A stretch of DNA of 64,000 bases, from positions 1-64,000 of the forward strand of contig CBEUCH010000008.1 of NCBI GenBank assembly GCA_965541585.1. The letters are read 5' to 3'. This document shows, piece after piece, positions 19,113-28,468 of this stretch (positions are counted from its first letter, which is position 1; each line of letters starts with the position of its first letter). Made by a program: the position numbers and the translations under genes. The DNA is from an uncultured bacterium (GTDB lineage Bacteria; Zixibacteria; MSB-5A5; UBA10806). Below the pieces are notes generated by a model. It saw only the letters and a program-made list of their open reading frames with translations. It was not told the DNA's origin and made no database searches.

Positions 19113-19705
19113 CATATTATTCATCGGCTCAATATAGCTGGCCGTTCGATGCTACACGTTATCGTCGAATTTCCGGAGGATCGGGTGCTTTCATCGAAGC
19201 CGGTTACCGTTTCTGGAGGAAAGCTTCAGTCAGTATTGGGGCATTGCATTTGAAAGGAGCAAATAACGACATTTATGAGCCTCAGCAGTTCTTAGATGAT
19301 TATAATAACCGCGAATCCATCAATCATGAATTCCGGGCGTGGCTCGTTTCACCGTATGTGGAATTGAAATATGCGTACACAATAAAACCCATGGATTTAT
19401 TCGCAGGTATAGGGCTGTCCTATCTTTTTGCCGGAGCCATGTATTCACATGTTTTAGTCGACTATCCCGCTCATCCTCCATCTCTGCCAGAGGAGCGCAG
19501 GGATTTCAGGACCCGCGGCCTCGGTTACTTATTGACCGCCGGCATATCGTATAAGGTTTCAAGAAATATCTATGTTAATTCAAAAATGGGATACCGATTG
19601 ATGCAGACGGGCGATCTGGAAGACAAAAGCGGCCGGGTCTGGGAGGATATGAATCTCGACTTCAGCGGCACTTACCTGATGGCCGGTGTAACCTTGAAAT
19701 TGTAG
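18938..19705 (+). CDS. Outer-membrane beta-barrel protein A1
   Basis: Signal peptide; alternating Tyr/Gly-rich strands; terminal strand NLDFSGTYLMAGVTLKL. Confidence 0.8.
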   Translation: MYKRYNMASVLSAVVAIVISAHNTVPAQISYSNSPPEPRYSITIGGGWGNYDMKRISGSYYSSAQYSWPFDATRYRRISGGSGAFIEAGYRFWRKASVSIGALHLKGANNDIYEPQQFLDDYNNRESINHEFRAWLVSPYVELKYAYTIKPMDLFAGIGLSYLFAGAMYSHVLVDYPAHPPSLPEERRDFRTRGLGYLLTAGISYKVSRNIYVNSKMGYRLMQTGDLEDKSGRVWEDMNLDFSGTYLMAGVTLKL

Positions 19706-19749
19706 ATATAATACAAGAATCACGGATTTCTTTTGCTGCGGTTTGTCTG

Positions 19750-20502
19750 ATGAAGCTCAATTTAAAAGTTAATGTGCGATATCTGACTATATTCTCTTTA
19801 ATGTCATGGCTATTCCCTGCGGCGATATTTTCGCAGAGTCCGGAAATAGGGAAGAGTTCTGACGGCAGATTTCTATTCAGCTTTAACGGTGGTTGGTCGC
19901 ATCCCAAAATGGAAGATTTGCGGGGATTTTATGATGAGTTCCTTGGAAGCGTATTGAAAGACAAACTGGAGTTAGGCGCCCGAGTTCAATATTTTCCTTC
20001 AAAAAACATCTCGATCGGTGTGGGAATATCGTATATGAGAACCGGGGCAGAAGGCAAGACAACCTATGAATATAGAGATCTGGACGGGAATATCCTGTTT
20101 GTAGATATCGCTGAGTATTCTCTCCATGCCTCGGCGATTTACCCGCATCTTATTATGCGCTACCTTTTTTCCTTCAAGGACCGGGACTATTATATTTCGG
20201 TCGGTCAGGGTTTCTGTTTTGGCACGGCGCAGAGATACTGGCGCCAGTATGGGGGGTATTTTGAGGATTCGTTCGATAGACAGTACAGGTCCGGTGGTCC
20301 GGGATTCTTGCTGGCCGCCGGTACATCGTACAATTTCCACAAAAGTTACGCAGCCAACATAGAGATGGGCTATAGATATCTCGTAACGGCGGAACTTGTA
20401 AACGGAGACGGAGAATACGTTATCGTTGGTTCGGATGGACGCGGCGCCAACCTGGATTTCAGCGGTATCTATATTTCAGGAGGCATATCCTTTCGCTTAT
20501 GA
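19750..20502 (+). CDS. Outer-membrane beta-barrel protein B1
   Basis: Signal peptide; EMGYRYL; terminal NLDFSGIYISGGISFRL. Confidence 0.8.
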   Translation: MKLNLKVNVRYLTIFSLMSWLFPAAIFSQSPEIGKSSDGRFLFSFNGGWSHPKMEDLRGFYDEFLGSVLKDKLELGARVQYFPSKNISIGVGISYMRTGAEGKTTYEYRDLDGNILFVDIAEYSLHASAIYPHLIMRYLFSFKDRDYYISVGQGFCFGTAQRYWRQYGGYFEDSFDRQYRSGGPGFLLAAGTSYNFHKSYAANIEMGYRYLVTAELVNGDGEYVIVGSDGRGANLDFSGIYISGGISFRL

Positions 20503-20594
20503 TTCTTGAAGGAGAATTTCCAACGTCTCGGATCGCTCTACGAGCCTTAGGGTTGACCCGACACCAGATTCGCCGGTCGGGCAACCTGACTGCA

Positions 20595-20674
20595 CATCCA
20601 ACAAGAAATTTGCGGGCATTGGGGGAGAAGAGTCTTACGTGATGGAGGTAGTCTTTAATTTGCGCCCAGATCAT
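20595..20674 (-). pseudogene. Truncated 5' fragment of the MFS gene produced by duplication
   Basis: MIWAQIKDYLHHVRLFSPNARKFLVG matches the MFS N-terminus, then homology stops. Confidence 0.85.
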
Positions 20675-20984
20675 TGTCAACTCAACAAGTTCCGGGCAAT
20701 ATAATCTTTTTTTGGTGAAAAAGAAGAGGAACTATACCTGGAGAGGCTTGAATTTGATTGACCGGATCGATAGGATCAATTATATTATATCTACAATCAA
20801 GGGGAATGTGTGTACAGACGATACAACATGATCTCGGTCCTATCAGCGGTGGTTGCCATCGTAATTTCTGCCCATAATTCGGTTCCTGCTCAAATATCTT
20901 ATTCAGACGGCCCGCCGGAGCCCCGCTATTCTATTACCATAGGTGGTGGCTGGGGGAATTATGATATGAAACAAATCAGCGGCT
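20601..20984 (+). repeat. 384-bp direct duplication, copy 2
   Basis: See 18729-19112. Confidence 0.95.
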
Positions 20985-21583
20985 ACTATATAGATGGTAA
21001 TCAACAGGAGCATTATTTTGACTTGCATGAAAATAATGAGCGTATATCTGGAGGCCCCGGGCTATTTGGAGATGCCGGAATATATGTCTTGAGGAATTGG
21101 TCGATAAGTGTTGGAATATTATATTTGACAGGGGAAGGCAAATTCCCTTCATCGGAACAGTCTTTTATGGATGATTACAATAACCGCAAGCCCCGCCCAA
21201 CGCAATTTTTATCCGCTGATTTGCTGGCGCCAAATATGAAATTACAATATAATCTAGTCATAGATCCGCTGCATCTATTCTCGAATGTGGGAATGGCATA
21301 TCTTTTCGGAAGAATTAATTATCCGGTTTACACAGGAGCTCCGACTGTTCCGCCAGAGCTTCCCCCCATGGAGAAGAGACCTTTCTCTGGGCAGGGGATT
21401 GGTTACTTATTCTCAGTGGGGGCATTCTATAGAATTGCGGGTCTCTTTGATATCGGCTCTGAAATGGGTTTTCGTGTCTTGAAGGTGGGGACGCCGAAGG
21501 ATAATGATGGTAATGAGTGGAACGGCCTGGACATAGGTTTCAGCGGTCCATATGTGGCGGGTCGTTTGTCGTTGGTACTATAA
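20810..21583 (+). CDS. Outer-membrane beta-barrel protein A2 (paralog of A1)
   Basis: N-terminal ~58 aa nearly identical to A1; shared DDYNNR; diverged interior. Confidence 0.8.
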   Translation: MYRRYNMISVLSAVVAIVISAHNSVPAQISYSDGPPEPRYSITIGGGWGNYDMKQISGYYIDGNQQEHYFDLHENNERISGGPGLFGDAGIYVLRNWSISVGILYLTGEGKFPSSEQSFMDDYNNRKPRPTQFLSADLLAPNMKLQYNLVIDPLHLFSNVGMAYLFGRINYPVYTGAPTVPPELPPMEKRPFSGQGIGYLFSVGAFYRIAGLFDIGSEMGFRVLKVGTPKDNDGNEWNGLDIGFSGPYVAGRLSLVL

Positions 21584-21605
21584 GAAAGAAAAATATCGAA
21601 GGATA

Positions 21606-22355
21606 ATGGATAGAGCGTTGTCCAATTTTCCAACAAGCTCACGGATAATATTTATCGCCTGTTTTGCTCTCCTTATGAGTATTGTGATTCCCTTTGAAGA
21701 ATCTTTATCCCAGGTAATTAAAGCTAATTATGATCCGGGGAAAAAATTCGATATCAGAATTGCCGGTGGTTGGGGAAGCGCGAGAATGTCCAGGTTGAAC
21801 GAACGTACCAGAGCTTTTTATGCAAAGGAAATCAATTCGGCCTACGAATTCGATGGAGAGTTCGGATATTTTTTGACTCCAAAAACTTCGGTGAATGTTG
21901 GTTTGTTATATCTTGAATCCAGACGTCTGCAGCCGGAAGGTTATGTCATTATGGAAAATGGGCGCGATTATTCGATAGATGCTTCGATGATAAGCCCTTA
22001 TTCTCTAATCAGATATTTTTTCCCGATGACGAACGTTGATTATTACCTGTCTTTTGGACAGGGGCTTTGTTTCGGAAATATGGATTATTATTATCAGATT
22101 CCCGGCGGCACTCGCACGTATTATTTTGGAGGGTCATATTCAGCTATCGGTGTCGGTTTTCTAGCATCGGCAGGGGCATATTATAGAATACGTCATTTCT
22201 TTTCCCTTGGTGCGGAGATGGGGTATAGGTATTTATCGACGGGCGATCTAGAAAACAAAGAAGGAGAAACTTTTTCAACGTTCAGCGGAGATAATAACAT
22301 CAATCTGGATTTCAGCGGTTTCTATATCTCGGGAGGCATATCCTTTCGCTTATGA
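21606..22355 (+). CDS. Outer-membrane beta-barrel protein B2 (paralog of B1)
   Basis: GQGLCFG, EMGYRYL, NLDFSGFYISGGISFRL. Confidence 0.8.
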   Translation: MDRALSNFPTSSRIIFIACFALLMSIVIPFEESLSQVIKANYDPGKKFDIRIAGGWGSARMSRLNERTRAFYAKEINSAYEFDGEFGYFLTPKTSVNVGLLYLESRRLQPEGYVIMENGRDYSIDASMISPYSLIRYFFPMTNVDYYLSFGQGLCFGNMDYYYQIPGGTRTYYFGGSYSAIGVGFLASAGAYYRIRHFFSLGAEMGYRYLSTGDLENKEGETFSTFSGDNNINLDFSGFYISGGISFRL

Positions 22356-22427
22356 TTCTCAATAGAGAATTTCTAACCGCATAATAAATCCCATATCCAT
22401 TGCAATAGAATAAGAGGAGGAAAAAAG

Positions 22428-23039
22428 ATGAAGTCAAAAGTAATTCTCATGCCGTTTATTGCTGTGGCGGTGGCCATGGTTGCCAGCGTTACAGTGACTG
22501 CCTATCCCCCGGCTGTGGGGATTCTGGGGAAATCGCAAAATTGCCTTAAATGTCATGTTGATAACGGTAAATGGGTCGATGGCCCCGATCTGATCATCGA
22601 TATAGTTGAGAAGGAAACAAAGAAATCCCTCAAGCAACCGGACGGCTCTTTTTTGCTTACGGCCAAACGCAACCAGGGAATTACGGTTTTGACAATCATC
22701 GGATTCAGGACTGACGATGAAGAACTTATCCCTTATCGCAACGCCTGGCTCTATACCGATCCCGGGAGGATAAAGGGATCGTCGCTTTCAAAGCTCCCGC
22801 CCGGCTGGGAGGCAAACCTGCCCATGGCCTGCCGGATAGTCGGCGATAAACTAGAGGCCTATCCCGATGCCTATATCACGGCATTGCCCATGACCCTGCG
22901 CCCGACCGATTCTGCAAGCGATGGTACGGTAACACTTCAGGTAATGCTGACCGGAGGGGAGACGGTTAAAGGGAATGCCAGGAAAGGCATGGTGGGAAGC
23001 TACTTTGAACGTACCGTACACCTCAAAGTGGTGGAATGA
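22428..23039 (+). CDS. Secreted protein with a single CxxCH (possible monoheme cytochrome c)
   Basis: RBS GAGGAGG; signal peptide; NCLKCH. Confidence 0.65.
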   Translation: MKSKVILMPFIAVAVAMVASVTVTAYPPAVGILGKSQNCLKCHVDNGKWVDGPDLIIDIVEKETKKSLKQPDGSFLLTAKRNQGITVLTIIGFRTDDEELIPYRNAWLYTDPGRIKGSSLSKLPPGWEANLPMACRIVGDKLEAYPDAYITALPMTLRPTDSASDGTVTLQVMLTGGETVKGNARKGMVGSYFERTVHLKVVE

Positions 23040-23068
23040 TTTTTCCCATCCCGCAGCATAAATCTTGA

Positions 23069-23560
23069 ATGAAAGGAAAGGCGCGCTCTATGGATAAGAT
23101 CCTTCATCATACAATCAAACTAAAGTGCCAGGCCGGCAAGGCGTTCGAGATGTTCACCATAAACACGCATCTGGAAGCCTGGCTCGCGGCAAAGGCGGAT
23201 GTCGAACCGGTTATCGGTGGGAAGTTCGAACTGTTCTGGAATCCCGAGGATAGAGAAAACGACTCCACCATAGGATGTAAAGTGACAGCTGTTGTGCCGG
23301 GCGAACTTTTCGCATTCGAGTGGAAAGGACCGAAACAATTTAAACAATTCATGAACAACGCCGATCCTCTCACTCATGTTACGGTAGTTTTCATCCCGTA
23401 TGCGAACGGGGGGAAAAACGAGACGGAAGTTCATGTTGTGCACACTGGGTGGAGGAGTTCACCGGAATGGGAGGAAGCCAGGCTATGGTTCCAGAAGGCC
23501 TGGGACGGAGCCCTCGGAGAATTGAAGAAGTATTCTGAAAAGGGTGCGACGCAGACCTAA
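23069..23560 (+). CDS. SRPBCC/AHSA1-like domain protein
   Basis: AFEMFT....LEAW, GGKFELFW, FEWKGP, TEV.VVHTGW, terminal W...L..LKKY helix. Confidence 0.88.
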   Translation: MKGKARSMDKILHHTIKLKCQAGKAFEMFTINTHLEAWLAAKADVEPVIGGKFELFWNPEDRENDSTIGCKVTAVVPGELFAFEWKGPKQFKQFMNNADPLTHVTVVFIPYANGGKNETEVHVVHTGWRSSPEWEEARLWFQKAWDGALGELKKYSEKGATQT

Positions 23561-23731
23561 AACTCAGGCTTGATTTTTATCGTGGCGCTGGCTTGCCTGA
23601 CCCGATCCATTTTGCATCGGTCGGATTGGATTCCTGAGTGCACAATTAATCACAGATCATAATTCACCAGTTTCATATTGACTTCCCGATTTCAAATCCG
23701 ACAATAGGAATATGATGCGAGGCGAAAGCCT

Positions 23732-24229
23732 GTGAAAAACAAACCCGGGATCAGAATCCCTCTCTCATCATTGGAGAAGTTTTTTGAGATCGCCGCTATC
23801 TCCGGTGTGATTGTAGGTTTCGGTGTGCTTATAAACCACTGGTCTGCTCTTCCCGATTCGGTGCCGCGTCATTTCGGGCTGGATGGCCGCCCCGATGCAT
23901 ACGGCGGAAAAGAGATATTGCTGTTTTTGCCGATTGTCGCACTAATATTCTATCTGGGCCTGACCGTACTGGGCAGATTTCCTCACGTGCTGAATTATGC
24001 CTGGAAGATCACGGCCTTAAACGCCTACCGGCAATATCGTCTGGCCAGATTGCTTATTGTGTCGCTGAAGGCCGAGATGATCTGGGTTTTCACTTATATT
24101 GAAATAATCCAGATCCGGACGCCGCTCGGCCGGGCGGAGGGTCTGGGGCCGGCGTTTATACCGGTGATGCTGGCCGTCTTTTTCGCAACCATCGGTATAT
24201 ACCTTTACCTGGCTTATAAAGCGAGGTAG
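23732..24229 (+). CDS. DUF1648 membrane protein
   Basis: LPDSVPRHFG..G.PD.YG.K; PH.LNY.W.IT..NA..QY. Confidence 0.88.
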   Translation: MKNKPGIRIPLSSLEKFFEIAAISGVIVGFGVLINHWSALPDSVPRHFGLDGRPDAYGGKEILLFLPIVALIFYLGLTVLGRFPHVLNYAWKITALNAYRQYRLARLLIVSLKAEMIWVFTYIEIIQIRTPLGRAEGLGPAFIPVMLAVFFATIGIYLYLAYKAR

Positions 24230-24299
24230 CCTGCCAGATTTGCTTTCGGATCGATCTGCCCGCCTTTGGAAAATCGACCGCTACGGTTTACGGGGAAAA

Positions 24300-24330
24300 T
24301 AAAAAAAGGCGGCACCGGTAGATGCCGCCT
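24300..24330 (-). terminator. Intrinsic terminator (minus strand)
   Basis: AGGCGGCA...TGCCGCCT with an A-run on the + strand left side. Confidence 0.8.
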
Positions 24331-24353
24331 CAAAATCCTGATTGAAAAGCCGT

Positions 24354-24929
24354 TTATTCAGCTGCTGCCTTTTCGACCTTCTCCGCTTTCTCTGTTCCCT
24401 CCGGGTGGACGCAGGTGTTGGCGAATGTGATATAGGCCTCATGCATTACATCGAAATTGGCGGTCATCTTTTCGTTATCCTTGCCCTTGCAGGCTTCTGC
24501 CAGCATGTCGATTGACTCCAGGAATTCGGCCTTCTTGCCATCGAAGCCTTTCTTGCAGGGATTGGAGCATTTCTCATACCCCTCGCATCTGTAATCGACC
24601 AGTGCCGCCGAGGCTTTGAGAAGGTTCGGCAGGCATTTGTTGAGCCCCTCGAAATCTTTCTCGTTCAGCGCTGCATGCATAGGATGCATAGCCTCATGGA
24701 ACTCATTCAGAGCGGCTCTTTCGCTTACATCCGGACAATGATGCTTGCCTTTGAATTCTTCATCGGATAGCCCTTTAGCCCTGGTGCATTGGCCCGCCTT
24801 TTTGGCAGCAGATGCTTTAACATCACCTTCGGCTTTTGTCTTCGAGCAACATGAATCACCCCATGCATACCCAGCGGTGATTCCAAAGACGAATACCAAT
24901 ACTAACCCCGTGAATAGTAATCTTTTCAC
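24354..24929 (-). CDS. Secreted Cys/His-rich helical protein
   Basis: RBS GGAGGAG + GTG 24929; signal peptide; CC, HHCP, FHEAMHPMH, MHEAY. Confidence 0.75.
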   Translation of the reverse strand: MKRLLFTGLVLVFVFGITAGYAWGDSCCSKTKAEGDVKASAAKKAGQCTRAKGLSDEEFKGKHHCPDVSERAALNEFHEAMHPMHAALNEKDFEGLNKCLPNLLKASAALVDYRCEGYEKCSNPCKKGFDGKKAEFLESIDMLAEACKGKDNEKMTANFDVMHEAYITFANTCVHPEGTEKAEKVEKAAAE

Positions 24930-24958
24930 GTCTCCTCCTGTCAGCGATTTTTGGATAT

Positions 24959-25159
24959 TTATTCTGCTATTACAAATAGCTCTTCTACAGGCCTCTTCAA
25001 GGCTCGCGCCAGCTTGAGCGCAAGAAAAGTTGAAGGCACGCAAGTGCCCTTCTCTATAGAAATGATCGTCTGTCTCGATACTCCGACCTCGGCCGCCAGA
25101 TCGGCCTGAGTCAACCCTGTTTCGCGTCTCTGGGGTCTTATTTTAGCGATCAGCTTCAT
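24959..25159 (-). CDS. XRE-family HTH transcriptional regulator
   Basis: LTQADLA.EVGVSRQTIISIEKG...PS..LALKLA....PVEELF. Confidence 0.92.
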   Translation of the reverse strand: MKLIAKIRPQRRETGLTQADLAAEVGVSRQTIISIEKGTCVPSTFLALKLARALKRPVEELFVIAE

Positions 25160-25329
25160 GGTACATAGAATATACGAAAATGGCTTTCTCATGTCAAGCA
25201 AAACTTACCAGCATTCTCGCGTGAGATTACAAATCCTGCTTAATCCTCGGCCCATGGGATGGCATGATCTGATTTCCTTCAGGGTAAACTGCCATGATTC
25301 AATTGGTTGCACCAGGGGCATCCTGGGCG

Positions 25330-27927
25330 CTATCGCCTGTTATTCCTACTCTCGGACATCCTCCTGAAAACCGCTAGAAACGAGCCGGCGACGATCATCA
25401 AGAATCCGATCCATACCAGATTGATCATCGGCTTGGTGGAAATCGCGATAGAGGCTGATATCGGTATGCTGACCGGCTGTAAAATGAAATGCGCCAGATT
25501 ATCGGCCGCCTGCAAATCGAGCAAGAACAATCTGCTGCCATCGGGTAGAGTTGTCATGGCATTCTCACCATGACCATGTACAGGATTATAAACCGGCTTC
25601 ACGGTTACAGTGTCCGATCCGGATACGACCTTGACGACTGTCCCGACATCGATATCCGGTGGTTCTTCGGTGGATGAGAAGGAAAGGCTAACTGAGCCGG
25701 CGTCAGCCATAATCCTGACCAGCTTAATGTAGCCGCCGGATGGAAACCTTACAGGCTCCGATACAAAGGCCGCTCCTTGTGCAGGCGTGTATCTGGGGAC
25801 AATTGAGGATGTTCTGTCATTATATTCGACCTTCAACCTGGCGCCGATACCCCCGGTCGTACTCTCCTGATGTTCCCCCATTTCGAATCCTTCGAAGGTA
25901 ATCGCGGCACCATCGAGGTCATATGATTCGCCCTTTGCAAGCTGGAATATTCTCGGCTGGGCCTGGGCCAGCCTGCGCGCCTGCTTTTCGGATTCGTATC
26001 CTTCGAAGATAACGGTTTTGCCGAATATTCTTTTTGATTCCCCGGTGTGAAGCTCGAAGGGCCTGACCTCGTCGGCAGCAGGGTCCGCCAGGTTTTCCAG
26101 CGAGAGGTATAGATCGTGAAAGAGGAATTTCTTTATATGGGGCGTCCTGACATATTGGAGTTGATCTCCCCGTCGCATCTCTTTCGATGTTGAATAGGCG
26201 TTAATCGTGTTATCGCCTTTGATCAATTCGAAGTGCGCTGTTTCTTCTTTGGGTTTGGTCCTTGCCGTACCTGTAAACTTTATTTCATAGCCGAGAGCCG
26301 ATTCGGAATCGCCCTCGGAAATAGTGAGCTTCTGGTAGCTGCCGAATGTCGATGAGAAAACAAAGCCGATTAGAAGAATTGAAAAACCGAGGTGCGTGAT
26401 ATATCCACCTGATGTCATAAAGCTGGTTCTGCATCTATTAACAACAAATATCAGATTTGTGACAAGTGCGAAGACGGCAGCGAAGAAGAACAGAAAATAT
26501 AGAATCGCCATGAGAACTACTCCCGCGGTCAACTCTCCCGTTGCTCCGTCCGACCAGAATCCTGCTATCTTCTGAAATCCAAGTAATATGAATATCACCG
26601 ATGCCACAAAAGCGATAGAGACAGGCAGGATTGTTTTCTTCTTAAGAAGGCCGATATCGGTAGTTTTCCAGCCCAGGAGAGCATTGAAGCCGAGAATGAT
26701 GCCGAATATAGCCGAAAATATCAGCCCCAGTATATTGTAGTTGCCGGAATCGATGGCCGCCGGCACCGGCGCTATGCTTGATAGAAGCGGGATCTTCGAC
26801 ATTAGACTGGTGACAAGTGGAAACGATGTCCAGAACAACACCAGCAGGGTGAAAGGCAAGAGGAGCACCATTGCCAGAAATGTCGAGAATTCCTGCGACA
26901 GGATCTTAGTGTCTGCAGCGGAGGCAACCTTCATCTTGAATGCTCTATAAACCCAGAGTCCATATGAAATCAATCCCATGATGATAATCGAGGCCCAGAG
27001 GAAGTTGTTGTATCCGAGATCGACAAAGGAATGCACCGAGAAATCCGCAAGAACGCCGGACCTCGTCAGGAACGTGCCATAAATGATAAGGAGGAACATG
27101 GTAATGGCCAGAAACAAGTTGGTGCGTCTCCAGGTGCCGCGAGATTTTTCGACTACCATACCGTGAACGAGCGCAATACTGACCAGCCAGGGAATCAGCG
27201 ATGCATTCTCCACGGGATCCCAGGCCCAGTAGCCACCCCAGCCGAGGGTCTCATAAGCCCAGTATCCTCCAAGGAAGATTCCAAGTCCGAGAGACACCAC
27301 CGTGAAGACCACCCATGGCATTGTCTGCTTCACCCAATCGTTGTATTTGTTCGTAGCCAGTGCGGCCATCGCAAATGCAAACGGAATACAGGCTGCTGCA
27401 AACCCGATGAAAACGATAGGCGGATGGATCTGCATCCAGTAGTTTTGCAGAAGCGGATTCAATCCCTGCCCATCGGCCGGAATGAAATTCAGTTTTTCGA
27501 ATGGATTCGAGACTATGGTCAAGACCAGTAAAAAAGTCTGGCCGAGGATATAGAAAAACATCACCCAGCCTTCGTTTTTTCCGGCTTTTGATTTGACCCA
27601 GAATCCCAGAGCCAGACCGAAAACCAGCCACATCAGAAAGGTGCCCTGTTGACCCGCCCACAGAGCGCTTAATTTGTAGAAATGCGGCCAATTGTTGCTC
27701 AGGTCGCTCGATGAATAACTGGCCACATAGGAATATTGGAACTGATCGGTGAGGAATAGCTGCAGAAGCTGGATTAGAGCCACCAACACCATCCCGAACA
27801 GAAGCCAGTATATGATCCTGGAGGTTAACCGAAACTCTCTTACGCCGGCAGCCACCAGAAGGTAACCCGCCATGCACAGGATTAAAGGAACCGTGGCCCA
27901 GGCTAGGAAAAAGTTGCCTACTTCCAT
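25330..27927 (-). CDS. ccmF: Cytochrome c biogenesis heme lyase CcmF (extended, 865 aa)
   Basis: GLNPLLQN, HPP, WAYETLGWGGYWAWDPVENASLIPW, TRSG...SVHSF, KPMINLVWIG. Confidence 0.95.
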   Translation of the reverse strand: MEVGNFFLAWATVPLILCMAGYLLVAAGVREFRLTSRIIYWLLFGMVLVALIQLLQLFLTDQFQYSYVASYSSSDLSNNWPHFYKLSALWAGQQGTFLMWLVFGLALGFWVKSKAGKNEGWVMFFYILGQTFLLVLTIVSNPFEKLNFIPADGQGLNPLLQNYWMQIHPPIVFIGFAAACIPFAFAMAALATNKYNDWVKQTMPWVVFTVVSLGLGIFLGGYWAYETLGWGGYWAWDPVENASLIPWLVSIALVHGMVVEKSRGTWRRTNLFLAITMFLLIIYGTFLTRSGVLADFSVHSFVDLGYNNFLWASIIIMGLISYGLWVYRAFKMKVASAADTKILSQEFSTFLAMVLLLPFTLLVLFWTSFPLVTSLMSKIPLLSSIAPVPAAIDSGNYNILGLIFSAIFGIILGFNALLGWKTTDIGLLKKKTILPVSIAFVASVIFILLGFQKIAGFWSDGATGELTAGVVLMAILYFLFFFAAVFALVTNLIFVVNRCRTSFMTSGGYITHLGFSILLIGFVFSSTFGSYQKLTISEGDSESALGYEIKFTGTARTKPKEETAHFELIKGDNTINAYSTSKEMRRGDQLQYVRTPHIKKFLFHDLYLSLENLADPAADEVRPFELHTGESKRIFGKTVIFEGYESEKQARRLAQAQPRIFQLAKGESYDLDGAAITFEGFEMGEHQESTTGGIGARLKVEYNDRTSSIVPRYTPAQGAAFVSEPVRFPSGGYIKLVRIMADAGSVSLSFSSTEEPPDIDVGTVVKVVSGSDTVTVKPVYNPVHGHGENAMTTLPDGSRLFLLDLQAADNLAHFILQPVSIPISASIAISTKPMINLVWIGFLMIVAGSFLAVFRRMSESRNNRR

Positions 27928-27975
27928 TGTTGCCTCTTGATCAAAGATGTCCCTGGCAAAATTGCGCGGGCAATG

Positions 27976-28368
27976 CTATGCGCCCGGTTCCAGAAGCTCG
28001 TCCTGGTACTTCGACGGGCATTTCACCAATAGCTTATTGGCATGGAATGTTTCGTCGGAAAATCGTCCGATGCATACAACCGACGTGGCCTGATCGAAGT
28101 TGCCGGGCTTGATGCCGCCATAAACCACCCTCATACTATCACCGGTATCGTCGGTAATGTAGAACGAGAACGTTCCCGCTGTCTGATCGTACTCGGTGCC
28201 GGTAGGAAGTACCTCTCCCATAACCTGGACATTGCTCCCGGCCGCCCTGGCTTCTGCGAATCCCACGTAGGGAGTGACTCCGCCGCCTCCGATGAGCGAC
28301 CAGAAACCGACACCTGCGGCCACCACCACCACTGCTATAGCTATTGCCGTTTTTGCGTTTTTATTCAT
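27976..28368 (-). CDS. ccmE: Heme chaperone CcmE, Cys-type (CxxxY)
   Basis: N-terminal TM; V.Y.G.KPGNF; LLVKCPSKY. Confidence 0.93.
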   Translation of the reverse strand: MNKNAKTAIAIAVVVVAAGVGFWSLIGGGGVTPYVGFAEARAAGSNVQVMGEVLPTGTEYDQTAGTFSFYITDDTGDSMRVVYGGIKPGNFDQATSVVCIGRFSDETFHANKLLVKCPSKYQDELLEPGA

Positions 28369-28468
28369 TTTTCTTCATCTTTCTTACTTTAAGATCAAGG
28401 GATATGAGATAGCCCCAGAGAGCCAACCATCCCAGTAAGGCCACGAACATAGGTATATAATTAGCCAT
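28361..28468 (-). CDS. ccmD: CcmD-family small membrane protein (35 aa, absent from ORF track)
   Basis: MANYIPMFVALLGWLALWGYLISLDLKVRKMKKNE; lies between ccmC and ccmE and overlaps both. Confidence 0.85.
   Translation of the reverse strand: MANYIPMFVALLGWLALWGYLISLDLKVRKMKKNE

Noticed and set aside
18938..22355. Diversity-generating retroelement as the cause of OMP variation
   Set aside because: No reverse transcriptase in the window, and mismatches between copies are not adenine-specific.
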